64,000 nucleotides of DNA from the human T2T-CHM13v2.0 reference genome, Homo sapiens. The position numbers and the translations under genes were made by a program. The notes beneath the pieces were generated by a model, which ran no database searches, was not told the DNA's origin, and saw only the letters and a program-made list of their open reading frames with translations. This document shows, in pieces, positions 42,018 to 55,984 of the stretch. The stretch's first letter is position 1; every line of letters begins with the position of its first letter. The stretch lies in NCBI RefSeq assembly GCF_009914755.1, contig NC_060938.1. The stretch is one strand, 5' to 3'.

Positions 42018-42334
42018 CCTTAAGATCCACCCAAGTTGTTGTGTATATTAATAGCTTATTCTTTTTTATTGTTGCATAATGTTCCACAATATCGGCATAC
42101 CATAGTTTGTTTCACCATTGAGGGGCATTTTGGTTGTTTCCAGTTTTAGTCTATTACAAAAAAGGCTTCTATGGACAATTGTGTACAGCTTTTTTGGGGG
42201 GAACATTAGTTTCATTTTGGATAAATATTCAGGAGCACAAATTCCTGAGTCTTACGGTAAGTGTATATTTAGTGTTTTAAGAAACAAACTGTTTTCTAGA
42301 GTGAATGGAGCATTTTACAGTCCTGCTAGCAACA
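42018..42334 (-). repeat. Inverted copy of L1 segment 40745-41061
   Basis: 317 bp, ungapped, about 9 mismatches by eye to the reverse complement of 40745-41061. The ORF track shows twin peptides MRGILVVSSFSLLQ on opposite strands. Confidence 0.97.
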
Positions 42335-44189
42335 GGAGGGAATACAAATGCAGGTAGACCACAACACCCATGCTCCCATCTGGAAGTCTGAGGATGATTC
42401 TTTCCACAATCATTATTTTCTCTGCATCCTTACCACATTCCTTCCACTTGTACCTAGTCCTTTATATTATTTGTATACCTCTCAGCATCCTACCTTGTAT
42501 TCTAAGCTCCTCTGAAGGCACGAACTCTCTCCCGTATGCCTCTGTAACGCTCCCTTTTAAGGCGTAGTAGTTTTATGTAGTATGAATCTAATGCATGTCT
42601 GTAAAATAACATACATTTGAAAAATTACAGGAAAACTAAAATGATATAGTTGTATATTGGTAATTCCACATATTCTAAAATGTTATTAGCATCATACCAG
42701 AATATACAGTAGTGATCTCTTCATTTTAACCTTTGAACCAAAAGGAACAAATCTGAAGAAACCTGAAAATACTGAGTAGAAGGTAGTCTCTCTAAGAGTC
42801 AGACAGTGAGGTATTAAGATATTCATTCACCATTTTATGATGTTGACATTTAACAATGTTAAGATAACATTCAACATTTGTTTAGTCAACAATGACTGAT
42901 TACATTCTACACATGTGGCTCTTTGTTAGATCCTGGAGAAACAAGGGTATCCAGGAAATGTGGCCTTGGCCTTCACAGAATCAGCTTACGGGATCAGTAG
43001 AGTGAGAATGGGATTTAATTTTGTAAATTAGTGGGAGCCCAATCTGCACTTTACAGGCACAGAACCAGTGTATTTAGAAGCAGTATAGTCTGAGGTCCTA
43101 GAATTGTGAAACACTTTTCAATGGGCATCTTCTTTCAAAGCTTCACCGTGGCTTGAGGTGTTGCAGGGAAATGTAAGCCAAAAGACTTGGTTTGGAGAGA
43201 TATTGAATCTCTCCAACTGTGAACAATTCTGCTTTGCTTGGAATAGTTCATGCTCTTTCACATCAAGTCATTCTGGAAAAATGACCATTAGCCAACAAGT
43301 CAAAAGAAAAATAATAGTATACTTTCCTCAACTTTTCCAGAATGAGTTTACAACACAAAGCAACAAAGACTTTTAAATTCCATGTTATTATAATTCTTAA
43401 GCTTGTGAAACAAACTATAATTTTTTAAAACAGAATATTATTGTATAGCCATATCACCTGCTTTACAGGATTTTTCACCAGAAAAATCTTCTTATTTTAG
43501 TTTAACTTAAAAAACAATGCACCAAAGAAAAGCAAAGCCTGCTGGAGAAACTAATGGATAGAACCCTGACTAAATAACTTTTCCATGAAATAAAGGGTCT
43601 GACTGAGAGCTTGAAAAGTAAACCAGCCCAAGATACTGAGTTGCCTGAATTGCAAGGAATAGATCTTGCCTAGATGTGCAACTATAATTTTTAAGGTGCT
43701 TTACTTTTAAAGATTTTTATAGTTTAATCTAGCATTTATTACCTGCATGAATGGATGAATACTAGACAACTATAAGAACAGTTCAGAATAGGAATGCAAA
43801 ATTCCTCCTGAATTCTTTTCAAAATCAGCTTTTGAGATTAATAAAATCTCAAATCTCTCATTGGGATAAATAAAATCTTTTGAGATTAAAATCTTTGGCA
43901 CCAAACTGCTTTGCAGCACCTATTAAGAAATAGTGTAAATGGGTTCCTTGAAATAGTCAGACATATTAAGCAGTGAAGGAAGCTTTGTAATTTCAAGCAA
44001 TACCTCCCAAAAGTGCTAATGCCTCTGATCCCCCTTCCCAATAATTCACTAAAATATCTGAGAAGTGCCTAGTCTTATAGCTCAGAAATCAATTAATTGT
44101 CAACCTATTGGGACTGAAAAATAGTGGCAACGAGAGGCAAAAAGAAGGTGAGAGATGTAAACATTGTCTCAATACAATATATTCCAATA

Positions 44190-44975
44190 CACCTTTCACC
44201 AAAGAAGATGATATAGAAAGGGCACAAATAAAGATGCTTAAGATCATTAATCATCAGGAAAATACACATTTAAACCACAGGAGATACCACTATAGACCCA
44301 CTAAAATGTAACTAATCAGAAAGGCTGATAATACTACGTGTTAGCAAGGATGCGGAGAAACTGGAACCATCGTATGTGTTGTTAGAAGGAATGTGAAATA
44401 GTACAGTCACTTGAGAAAATAGTTTGGTATTTTCTTTAAAACTTAAACACACATCTACCAAAGGTCCCAGTAATTTTACTCCTACATATCCGCCCATGGC
44501 AAATGAAAACATATACCTACACAGGCATTATTTATAAAGCAAAAAAAAAAATTAGAAATAATCTAAATGTCTATCAATTGGTAACTAGACAAAGTGGGGT
44601 ATAACTGTGTATTGAAATACTCAGCAATAAAAATGAACTGCTGACACATTCAACAACATGGATTTACTTCCAAAGCATGGTTTAAGAGAAAGAAGTTTGG
44701 CACCAAAGCCTGTGTATTGTATGATTCTATTTAAGTGAAAGGTCTGTTAACGGCAAATCTAAGGAAAGAGAAAGCACAAGAGGACTGCCTGAGGCTTGGG
44801 AGGGTAGCGAGGACTGACAATGGGCATGAGGGACCAGCTTGGGGTAACAGAAACATTCTAGAACTGGATCATGGTGATGGTTGCACACCTATATGAATTT
44901 ACTAAACCCATAGTATTATAGATTTATAGTGAATAAATGTATGCTAGTTAAACTATAATAAAGTTATTAATTAAG
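44190..44975 (+). mobile_element. Ancient L1 3' fragment (L1MB/ME-like)
   Basis: aaaccacaggagataccactatagacccact...gcaaggatgcggagaaactggaacc...ggtgatggttgcacacc. Confidence 0.85.
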
Positions 44976-46058
44976 AAGCAATAAAGTTTCACAATGAAAC
45001 TTCTCCAATAGATCTCACTGGTGCCAATGTACAAATACCAGACATAATTCATTTGTAAACAAAGTGTGGCTCACTGTCAGGACTAAGGGAAGCAAGATTC
45101 CTAGAGTCTAGAAATATCACCTAATTCTCAAAGAAATAAGAGTGGTGGCTATCAAGTTAAGATGATTACTTGCCTCATAAGCTTATTTCATTTACATGAA
45201 TGAGGTGTATGTGTGTGTAATTATGTAGAAGCCATCACATTCAGTCAGATCTGCAATAATAGTGGTAATGGAAACATAAACCTAAGCAGGATTCTCAATG
45301 AGTTTTTGCACTGACGTGCACAGGCAAGCCCATATCTCTGCCTCTAAGCACATACTCTCTTTCCAAAGGTTGTGTAATGAGTGAGTCAGAGCTGTGTACA
45401 CATAAGAAAGGAAAGAGGGCAAGGCAGGGCAGGAATTCAGCTCAGTGAAGCCGCGGAGCCTCCATTTAAAAATGATACTAATGAGCCCACAGAAGACATT
45501 TTTACCAACATTTGTTAGATCCCCTACAATTTAAGCTATAATAAACTGGATAGTATCAAAACTAGGCTCATTTATAACTTGACAGACAGTTAAAAGAGTT
45601 ATTTGATTGTTGAGCAGATTCTTCTTCCAAAATAAAAACTAATCCATTTTTTAAATTACAAATTTCACATGAAAGAAGCTAGTATCTGTGTATGAATACT
45701 TAAATATCAAATGAAAAAGACACAAATGTTCTGTAAAGTCTATTCTGAACTGAAAGTTATAGCATTGGACTGGGAATTTTTGCTTTGTCATGGCAGAATA
45801 TGGTTCTGCTCTATTCAGACAGGCACAAAGGGACTGTGGGATGTAGAGATTATATACAGACTGAAAGGATGAGCATGGATCTGCCGTGCCCTAACCCCCA
45901 GCCTCTACTGTGGTGCTTTGCACTATTTCTAGGAATGTTCTCATGAGTTACTTTCTGAATAAGCCAACTTCTGACTGTGGCTGAATTGTGGGTCAAATCA
46001 TTCACATAATGGTTTGTGTAATTTGAAAAGAGCAAGCAGCATGCCGTGTGGTCTAAAT

Positions 46059-46277
46059 CAGGGAATCTCAACCTCAGCACTTTGGGCATTTGGGATGGGA
46101 TAATACCTTCATTATGAGAGTTATTCTATTCATTGTAGGATGTTTAGCAGCATCACTTGTCCCTATCAACTAGATGCCAGAAGCACTGTCGCCCTAATTA
46201 GACAACCCAAAACACTCCCACAAATTGCCAACTATCCCCTAAGAGCAACACTGGCCCCAGTTGAGAACTACTGATCT
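46059..46277 (-). mobile_element. MER20 DNA transposon fossil
   Basis: cagggaatctcaacctcagcac...cattgtaggatgtttagcagcatc...ccagttgagaactactg. Confidence 0.85.
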
Positions 46278-46793
46278 ACACGATCATTTCAAACTCTTTG
46301 GAGTAGTGAAAAGATTGTATAGAAACTTTGAAAAAGTATCATTTCCTTCACTGTTGAACTGTCCAGATAACTGTAAAGCTATTGATACCTTGAAAATGCA
46401 AAGTATCTTGAAAAGTGAAGACATTTGCAAAAAGCAAAGTGTCATTATTTCACTTTTATTGCATCAACGAACTCCACCATTAAGAACGGTGAAAGAGGAA
46501 AACACATTTGATCTAAGCATTCAAACTGGATTTAAAAAGAGATTCATTTTTACTACCTGGCTGATGCAGGTCCAAGCTAAACCAATCACCTTTATTATGA
46601 AATCACAGCAAAAGACAAAATCCAAAATTTATACACAGAGTATCACCACGTTTGACTACAAAGCCTTATGATATACAGAGACCCTCACTTAATTAAACCA
46701 TCAAAGTGAGAACAGCCATAATGTGCTAATTTTTGTTGAGCAGTATTAGTTGATGGACACTAAAATTCTCCTGAATAAAGTGAATTATCATTC

Positions 46794-47291
46794 TGTTCTA
46801 GTGGCCTCCTGTTCACCCCGTCGGTGAGGGAGGAGTCCCCCACCCTAAATAATACAAGATGGCCAAACACCAAACCCTGGGCAGATGAAATAGCAATTTG
46901 TTGGTCACATATACTCACAGCCCAGAGGAGAAGAACATCCCATACCATGTAGGGCCACACTGGGGTTGGACTCAGAACAATCAGAGGCCATGGTGAGGCA
47001 CACTTTGTAGTAACAAGGGGGTGAGATAACCCCTGGTTCCCACAGGAGGATGTGATTGGATTGTTTGAAGAAATTTGTTGGATGGCAAGAAAATGAAAGC
47101 CTGTTAGGTTGCAGACTGGTGGAGTGCAGCTGGTCTGACTAATAGGGAAACTAGCCAGGTGGAAGCCTTTTTCACTGGGGGTCAAGGGGACACATCTAGC
47201 AAGAACAAGGGAACTTACGGTTAGGTCTTTGGGGCCCGGTGACGCACAAACATATCAAGGCATCACATGGTGTTCTAGGCCACATAATACA
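46794..47291 (-). mobile_element. Solo ERVL LTR (LTR53-like)
   Basis: TG..CA ends. The minus strand begins tgtattatgtggcctagaa, and the 5-bp flanks are CATTC/CATTG. Confidence 0.65.
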
Positions 47292-47525
47292 CATTGTCAG
47301 GGAGTTGGAAGTGTTTTATGATGTCTCACTCATTTTGAATGCAAAGAGAATACCAAGTGATAGATATATCCTCCTGCATGACTTAGCTGTACTGAAGCTT
47401 TTCAAAACAGGAGTGAGTCTTAAAGAAATAGACTTGAACTACTCTAAGCATTCTTTCAAGACTTTTAATAGTAGTAGCTATACTGGGTATAGTGCACACT
47501 TCTAAACACTGTAGGGAGCTATTAA

Positions 47526-47848
<323 letters not shown>

Positions 47849-50565
47849 ACAGCCCTTTTCCTTAAGTAGCTCATGTATACATGACCATAGTGTCCTGCAC
47901 AGATATCAATGCTCCTGTGGGACTTTTCCACATAGGTCATCATGCAAAGGAGAAACTAAGTGGATGCCATGAATTGTAATACTCCATATCTGTAAATAGA
48001 ACATACACGAAGGGGAACCCTAGCATTTTTCCTATGTTAGGAACTTCAGCACAAGGCTAAACCCTGGAATTCTGTAATCAGATTACAAATCCTCCAAAAA
48101 ATAATTTTAACATTTATTTCTATAGGTCCTGATGTAAAAACCAAGGGCCTAATGCAGGTCTGAGAGTCACTTTGAGGCAAATAAGAGCTGAAAGTCAGAG
48201 ACCTGAGTTTGAAAACATTTTCTGATACTTTCTAGCTATGTGAGGTTACAAGGGGTTATCACCCAGAGCCTATGGGCTTATTTCTCTAACGAGGTTGTTA
48301 GAAGCATTATATGTGAGGGTGTCTGAGACTGAAAAATAGTAGATATTTCTACTTATCCAAACATCCGTATACAACACGCAAAATTATAAGAATCTTGGTT
48401 TTATATCAAAGTCAATTCAATAAAACAACAAGAAAAACACACAAGATGCAGCCCTGTAAAAGGTACAGACATCTTGCCAGAGAATAGAAGGGAGGGAAGT
48501 TGAATGAAGGTATTGGTGTTAAACATGGTTCCGGTGTCATGTTAGGTAAAAACATTTTAATTTGTCCACTCCAGCATTATGTATGCCCTCACTGTATCTA
48601 AATGGGTCAGAGTCCTAAATTAGCGAAACATCTAGTGGCCCCTCTACATCTTTAGCATGAACTTTTGGAATTGATCTTATAGCGCTGAATCTTAAATCAG
48701 GAAGAACTCTGAAACAGCATCAAATACCTACTATGTGTAACAGAGATCTTACATGATATTGACAACTAAGTGTGAAAGTGAAAATGACGAATAGTACTGC
48801 TATTTTAGAGAATTTCAGATTAGTAAAACTGGGACTATATTTTCATATAGCCTATATGTTAATAGGTTCTTTACATACTTCCTGAAGTGTGGAAGTAGAG
48901 GAGAGGCTATTATAGTGTTTGTGTTTGCCCTTATAGTTGACAGGAAGGTAAAAGGACTCCAGCTGTTGTGGATCAACAAACTTTGAACTTGTCCAATTTT
49001 CTCTATGTATAATTGAGAAAATCTTGGAACTTCACTAGGAGCTGTGTGTGAATATATGTTATTAATATTTATGGCTCTTTCTCAATAAGTTCTGGAATCC
49101 ACCCTTGACTACTGGGAAAATCACAGGCAAATAGAGAGAACCTCAAGCTTTGTATAGCCCATTATATTTTTCAAAGCATTTTCACTGCTATTATCTCATT
49201 TAATCTGGTCCCAACCTATTATAGGCTATACAAGGAACAACGCTAGCAGAGGAAAGGAAGAGAAGAGAGGCTCCTGGTAACTGCACTAGCACAGAAATTT
49301 CTTATTTGCTGCTGATGTCCTGAAAGGCAAAACCCCTCCCTGCCCTCCTTCCACTCAGCCTCTTCCTTTCAGGGCATTCAATGGCAATTGTTGGAAATCT
49401 TGCTTTCATCCTTCCTTTTCTCCTCGGGCAGGCAGGGAGCCACAGAGCCATCAGCTTAAGGTTGCCTGCAGAGTGTTCCTTCTCCTCTCCCTGCTTATAG
49501 CAGAATGGAAAACTACAGGGAAGGAAAAACAGTGTGTGAATGCAGCAGTGAAAGCGCCAGACCTCTGAAAATCTGCAACCTGCTCTCCTTACCTGAGTTG
49601 TAAAAATTTAGGGGAAGGGTGTTAAGAATGGAGAATATGGAAATTTAAAGAAAGCGTGAGAGGGCTGAAATTCTCCCGTCTCTAAAAGCAGGTATTATTC
49701 TTCCTGACACTCCTGCCAGTGAGTGGATTCCATAGTTCAAAGGTCATTAACATGAAGAATTTCAACAGAATCTTGCTGTTTGTCTTTGAACAGGATATTC
49801 ACAGTTGTGGAAGAAAACTCTAAGATCCACTATGCAGCTGAATTTGGTCAGTGTGGAGTGCCTAGAGCAGTATTATACATTGGAGGAACGTTTGTTGATA
49901 GGTCGAAGGACTACAGGTGACAAGTTGCTAGCACTTGTCCATCAGCCACTGGTGGTATTGAACGCTGTTATTTATAAACTGTGAACACAGATACATATTT
50001 TTTCTTTTCATGGGAATAGTCCTAGAGAATTTTAAGAACCAAGGAAGATGTCATCCCCAAACACACACACCTACACCCACACCCACGCCCACACACGCAC
50101 ACTTCAAGACTTAAGCTAAGCTTGGGTGCCAGAGGACAGTAGAATCAGATGAGATGGAAAGCTGTGTTTGATGCACCCATATGCACCCACAGGAAGCAGG
50201 AACCCAGAAGTTCCAGTTTCTGCTCCACACGAGTGATCTGGGGTGGTCAGCATCCAGCCAGTCTTTATTCAGTCTTCTTGAACTCTGACCCAACTGTGTG
50301 TCCTTAGCCAGATACAACAAATAACCTGTCTAGTTCTGATTCTAAAACCAGGTGGACAGAGAATATCATGAGTGTAGAATGTGAAATTACAATCTTCAAT
50401 ATCAAAGGGAGAGAGTACACCTTTTATGAGATGTCAGTTGTTTTTTAAGAAAACTGGAATAAAGGACACACACCTTTATGTAAATGACAGAGTTGAACAC
50501 ATAACTATCCTTTCTGCAATATTCAGAGAGGAGACTAGCAACACTTTCAGTAGCATTAGCTAAAG

Positions 50566-50566
50566 A

Positions 50567-50596
<30 letters not shown>
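50566..50596 (+). repeat. Interrupted (GT)n microsatellite
   Basis: gtgtgtgtgtttgtgtgtgtgtgtgtgtgt. Confidence 0.95.
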
Positions 50597-50597
<1 letters not shown>

Positions 50598-51168
50598 TTG
50601 CACTGTGAAAAACCAGATGGCATGTGATATAGCGTAAGAAACATTGGACTTGGAGTCAAGACAACTGAATTTTAATCCCAACTCCTCCCAACTCCCAACT
50701 TTAATTTCCAAAGTTGTCACTATACATACAACTTTGGAGAATTGCCTACCCTTTCCAATTCTTGGTTTCTTCATTTCTCAAAGTAGGCATGGTGCTAATT
50801 CATCCCCAATGCCCCTTCTGGCTATATAAGGTCAGCCCTGCATCGCTCGCCTTGGGCACATCTTTATTTAATCAAATTAAGAGCATGTTACACTGATTTT
50901 CCTAGATTAAACAGAATGTACCCAACTTGATATAGGAAAACTTAGTGTTTTCAACAATCTTACAGGAAGCAAAAGCCTCCTAACTGGGTGGGAATAGAAG
51001 GAGCTAACCACAAGTTTGAAGGTTGGAAGGTTAAAGCATGTTCTATTTTTCATCACATTCCCTGAAGAAAACATCCTATGGGACAAAAACTTCTCATTCT
51101 GCTTGTAATGGTATTTGGCACTTGAGTATTTCCTCACACATCTACAATATGTATTATCATGTTTTGAA

Positions 51169-51466
51169 TTTTTTTTTTTTTTTGAGATGGAGTTTTCTCT
51201 TTGTTGCCCAGGCTAGAGTGCAATGACATGATCTTGGCTCACTGCACCTTCTAACTCCTGGGTTCAAGCGATTCTCCTGCCTCAGCCTCCCTAGTAGCTG
51301 GGATTACAGGCACCCACCACCACCCCCAACTAATTTTTGTATTTTTAGTAGAGGGAGGGTTTCACCATGTTGGCCAGGCTGGTCTCAAACTCCTGACCTT
51401 GGGTGATCCACCCGCCTTGGCCTTCCAAAGTGTTGGGATTACGGGCGTGAGCCACCTCACCCAGCC
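51169..51466 (-). mobile_element. AluS element
   Basis: Poly-T plus a full antisense dimer. Confidence 0.97.
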
Positions 51467-52460
51467 AAAAATTGGTATCTTTCTTAATTATTACCATGGA
51501 ACTTAGAAGGAAAGGTTGCAATTTATTGTTGACTGTGTGTGCATGTGCATGTGTGAGTAAGGAAAGAAGAAAAAAAAGAGGAGGAAAATCAACAAAAAAT
51601 GGAGAAAGCATTAATTACTGTTCATTTGTGTAGAAAGTTTCACTTCATTTTGACAATTCATTTTGTTATCTGTGATCATCATGTCCTTGATTCCTATATA
51701 ATTGAAAGCTAACTCTAGAATGCTCTAACTTATATTCTAATACAGCCATAGCAAAGACGAAGCTTTATTTGGTGGTTCTGTAATCAACATGTAATTTTAC
51801 GTAGCCATAGGTATGAATAATTTTTCAGTGATGTGCCAAAAAAGTGTTCCTCAAACTTGTTTTTTAGTTAGAAGAAAAATCTGCAGTTCTCGTGTGGCAG
51901 ACATCCTATGTTACATATTCAGCTCTTGTTTTTCAATAGGAATTTGGCAAAGCCATTTATAATTTTTTTCAAAACATGAGAAAAAGTATACTTTTATTCC
52001 ATGTACATTCTGCCCTTTAAGCCTCTAAATTTCACTGCTTGGAATAAATTAATAATGTTATGATATTAATAGAATTTTAGAAATATTGATAGAGAAATAT
52101 TTTTTAATCCCATTTTAAAATAAGGATTTCTCCAAATTCCTATTCAGATATGCTCATTATCTCTATCTTTCAAGGTACAGAGAAATATTCTAATTCAACC
52201 AAATTTACTCCTGGAGCTTAAACTTTTAATTTCTGATATAATACTACTTTATCATTTATACCATAATGATACAATTTATCAGAGGAAAAATATTATGAAA
52301 GTTTAAGAAAACATTGGAATTCTAATATATCAAAAGACTGTTTCCTCTAAACCTATTGCGTTGTGTTTTAATATTGGGGAGCTTTTCACTTATTTAACTA
52401 AATTCAAAATAGCAATTTCCAACAAAGACCCAATTCAAATTAATTCCATAAAATGCACAT

Positions 52461-52466
52461 TTTATT
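52461..52466 (-). terminator. Candidate distal polyadenylation signal (AATAAA) of KCNH5
   Basis: Plus-strand TTTATT, with a GU/U-rich element ~30-50 nt downstream on the minus strand. It lies near the edge of the TE-poor block. Confidence 0.55.
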
Positions 52467-55444
52467 CTGTATCATGAAAAAATATCCACATTTAAATAAA
52501 GTGTGAAAAAAAGCAAAGTTAGTCCTCCCTGATGAAATACAGTTTATTGTGCTGAAACCCAGATTTCTTTTGGGCTAAAAGCTTCCACCTGCCAATTCAC
52601 TTTTCAAAATGACCATTTTTTGAGAACAAACGTTAAATAAAGTGATAATCACCACAAACTTCCCAGAAGCAACTGAATTTTGATCACAATTGTTTCATAA
52701 TTGACCCTAAAGTCACAAAGTTAAAATATTTTCACACATCCTGTCAGCAGTCAGGTGATAGGTCAACAGTACATACAAAATTTCTATATTATACATTGCA
52801 GTATCTTTGTTTAAGTAGAAAAAAGGATCTGCTTAGCATGAATCAGATTTTGAAAAAAGCCAACAAGTACTGCTTAGCATAATGGTATTAAAAACATCCC
52901 ACATGAAATTTTTGCATTGTTTCCTTTGTCAATGCATGAATCAATTATTTCTGGTGAATTAACCCTTAAAGGCAGAGGCATTTTTAATACCCCCAATATC
53001 TCACCAATATGGTTGCAGTGACAAAAACATTTAAGAAGTTGCAAAATTAATTCCCATAGTAACATTAGTGTTATAGTAGAATTTACATTGTAGTATACAA
53101 AATGCCACAACTAGTGTAAACAAAGTCACTAGAACATAGACTAAAAAGAACTCTATAATTTTCAATATATCGTGAATCTGCACATTTTGTGTTGTTTGAG
53201 TACCAAGCACTTCTAAAAGTCATTGCTCTTTCAACAAACTACAATGGATGTTTTAGGGTAAAAAAATGGTTCTAAACTGGTTTCCACTTTTCATAACAAT
53301 CACTTAAGAAATCTGTTCCTAATATGAAATGCATATTCCCCCTTGCTTTATTAACTGTGAACAGGTTCTAAGGTGGAAGGCGACTGCTTGATGGAAGATG
53401 CTGGTGCAGTCAACCCTAAGGAGATGAAAGTGAACACTACACTTATTCCCTCTCTGATAAAGGGTCATAAGAATAGCAATGTGAAAACATCCCTGCAGAG
53501 GTCAAAAAAGCAATTCTGACAACTGTTTTTTCCTGAAAATGAAATAGGCTAATCTTGATTTTAAATGAAAGTGCGTTTGGATTTTGTGTAAGTTGACAGT
53601 TCATGGCTGTGACATAATATACCAATATTAAATACTTAGGACTATCAAACACTGTAACATGGAATTATAAATGAATCTTTGTTGTGATTTTGCATAGTTT
53701 ACTAGCTAGGTATTCTTCCTGTTTGCAGTCTTGGCTTCATCAGGAATCTTTCCCGCTATAATTTGGTTGAAAAAGTTGAGGAGCAAATGAGGGGTCCATG
53801 GCAACAATGGTTCTAGGAACAACAATAATCTTTATGTTGCTTTTTGCCAAAGTCCAATTTCTCTAACTCAATGGAGAGTCTGACCAAAAGCTTTGGATAG
53901 AGGGAAGTGGTTACATTTTATATTATGAAATATGATTTAGCAGAGAATGGGGATAAAATTACTTAAATTAGTTATTATGGATACTCAATCTGGTTTATTG
54001 AAGCTTCAAGGTGAATATTTTGGCTTTGACTGCTTTGGTCATTCAACAGTCAGTGATTCCGCATGAATGAGAGAGAGTGATCAGATCTTTTTGTTTCCTC
54101 CCATCAAAATGCAGCCCAACCAGCCAAGTGCTTAGGGGATTGGGTTTGTAGGTCAGAACCAGAGGTTCTAAACTCATTGGTTGGTGGGAGAACACTTATT
54201 TCTAAAGAAGGCCCCAGCATTTGACAAGCTTTCAAACTGCTTCCAAAGGTTTTTGTTAAAACCTTAATGACAATGTGTCATCTTAAAAACAAATAAACAA
54301 AAGCTATTTAAAAGGCACCACATACAGAAAACTCATTAAAAGGAAGCAACTGCTGTCCCTTCTCCACACTCCTTTTTCCTCAGTTATAACTCTGGTCATA
54401 AGCTGCACTTTTTGGTTTACTCTTCTTTGACCAAGTGCCTTTACAAGTAGTACAAGACATGACCTCATTTAAATAATCATGCAGTGGTAATGTAAAAGCC
54501 AGGATGGAAGTGAGCTGACTATAAAAAGCTTTGGATGGTGTCAGTGGGGTCCTTCACAGTCATTATTTTAAAAGTAGGATTCTTCCTTTCTATGATTACC
54601 TCTGGCTCAGTTATTAGCCAAGTGAAAACAAGATGGTTTGGGCTGAAGATTCCAGCATGTAGTGTTGTAATATCTTGTTTTTTTCTCCTTATCTCAAGAC
54701 ACTTGCTTTAGAAATCTCAAAGGGTAGAACAAATAAATCACATTCAGAAAATTAACATTTTTTCATTAGAGAAAATTATTGAAACTCTCTGAAGTAAATA
54801 TACATACTATGAGCTCATTAATTTTGGAAATAAGGATACAAGTTGCCATTCTAAACAGAAATAGTTCATTTGGATAATGTATTTAATAGTGGTTTGGCCA
54901 AGAAGCCAACATCAGTGCAATCAATAAAAATATCTGAATAATCTACTTAAAACCCAATGAGTCAAAAAATAAATTTTAAAAATAAATTCTGGAGTCTCAT
55001 CCAAATCCCACTATTAAAAAGAAAAAGAAATTATAGAAAAAAAATCCTGAATGACTCTTGCTTTCCTTAACCATTAGGCATTACCTCTTTAGGTTAAAAT
55101 TCAACTGGAAAAGAAAATGTTGATACCAGTGACCATATATCAAACATACCACATTTGACAGTTTACTTTGGCCGATGTCTTTCAACTGTTAGGAGAAGTA
55201 AAGGAAAATTCCACTGTTGGGACAGGGCACCTTTTGCTTAAGACAGTATGATTTCAAACTCTGTCATTGACTCTGACCTATCAAGAAAAACCAAACATTT
55301 ACATTCACATTATCGAGTGCAATTTTTAAGAATTATTTTAAGAAATCTTTAAAAGTATGTGTCTGGAAAAACCTAGACTAGATGGTTGAACTAGATAGTT
55401 CTTGTAATGTCAGTATTCTACAAAATAAAGGTTTCTCCCTAAGG

Positions 55445-55600
55445 TCTGACTGCCTGTGTTAGAAACTCAACTTTACCATGTAACAAGTATGCCATCCTGG
55501 ACAAGTTCCTTAACCTATACCTTCATGGGGTTGCTGCAAGAATTAAATTTGATAACCTAAATAAAATGCTTATCATAGTGAGACCTTGGTAAATATAAGC
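55445..55600 (+). mobile_element. MIR fragment within the putative 3'UTR
   Basis: cctggacaagttccttaacct...ggggttgctgcaagaattaaatttgataacctaaataaaatgcttatcatagtg. Confidence 0.6.
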
Positions 55601-55925
55601 TTAGTTAACTTATTTAACTTCTAAGCCTAAGAGTAAAGAAGCAGATAGATTCTAATCAGTCTTTTCTCAACCCTTGCCTTCATCATCTTTCTAGTTCCCA
55701 GTCCAAATCCTCAGTGGTCCTGACCCTCATAAAGAATGCAAACACAGGGGTCTTATCCTACAAATGAAGTGATAGAAAATCTCAAGTCAGAATATAGGCC
55801 AAAACTTACAACACATAGCACATAGTTAAGAATTTTGTTATAAGAGTGTCTGCCCATGTGGAATCATATATCTTGAACAGGTCATGATTATTTTAATATA
55901 AAAAGTTGAAGGATGAACTACTCTA

Positions 55926-55984
55926 GTTTTTATTTGTATAAATTTAAGGGGTACACATTCAGTTTTGTTACATAGATACATTGG
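55926..55984 (-). mobile_element. 59-bp, extremely 5'-truncated L1 3' tip with 12-bp TSDs
   Basis: The minus strand reads caatgtatctatgtaacaaaactgaatgtgtaccccttaaatttatacaAATAAAaac, an L1MA/PB-type end. It is flanked by tgaactactcta at 55914-55925 and 55985-55996. Confidence 0.85.

Noticed and set aside
42118-42357. Twin ORFs (with 40620-40961) resembling a duplicated small gene
   Set aside because: Antisense L1 sequence with TTG starts. The similarity only reflects the inverted duplication.
46261-47185. 136-aa and 141-aa ORFs
   Set aside because: They overlap MER20 or LTR sequence, use non-ATG starts and show no homology I recognise.
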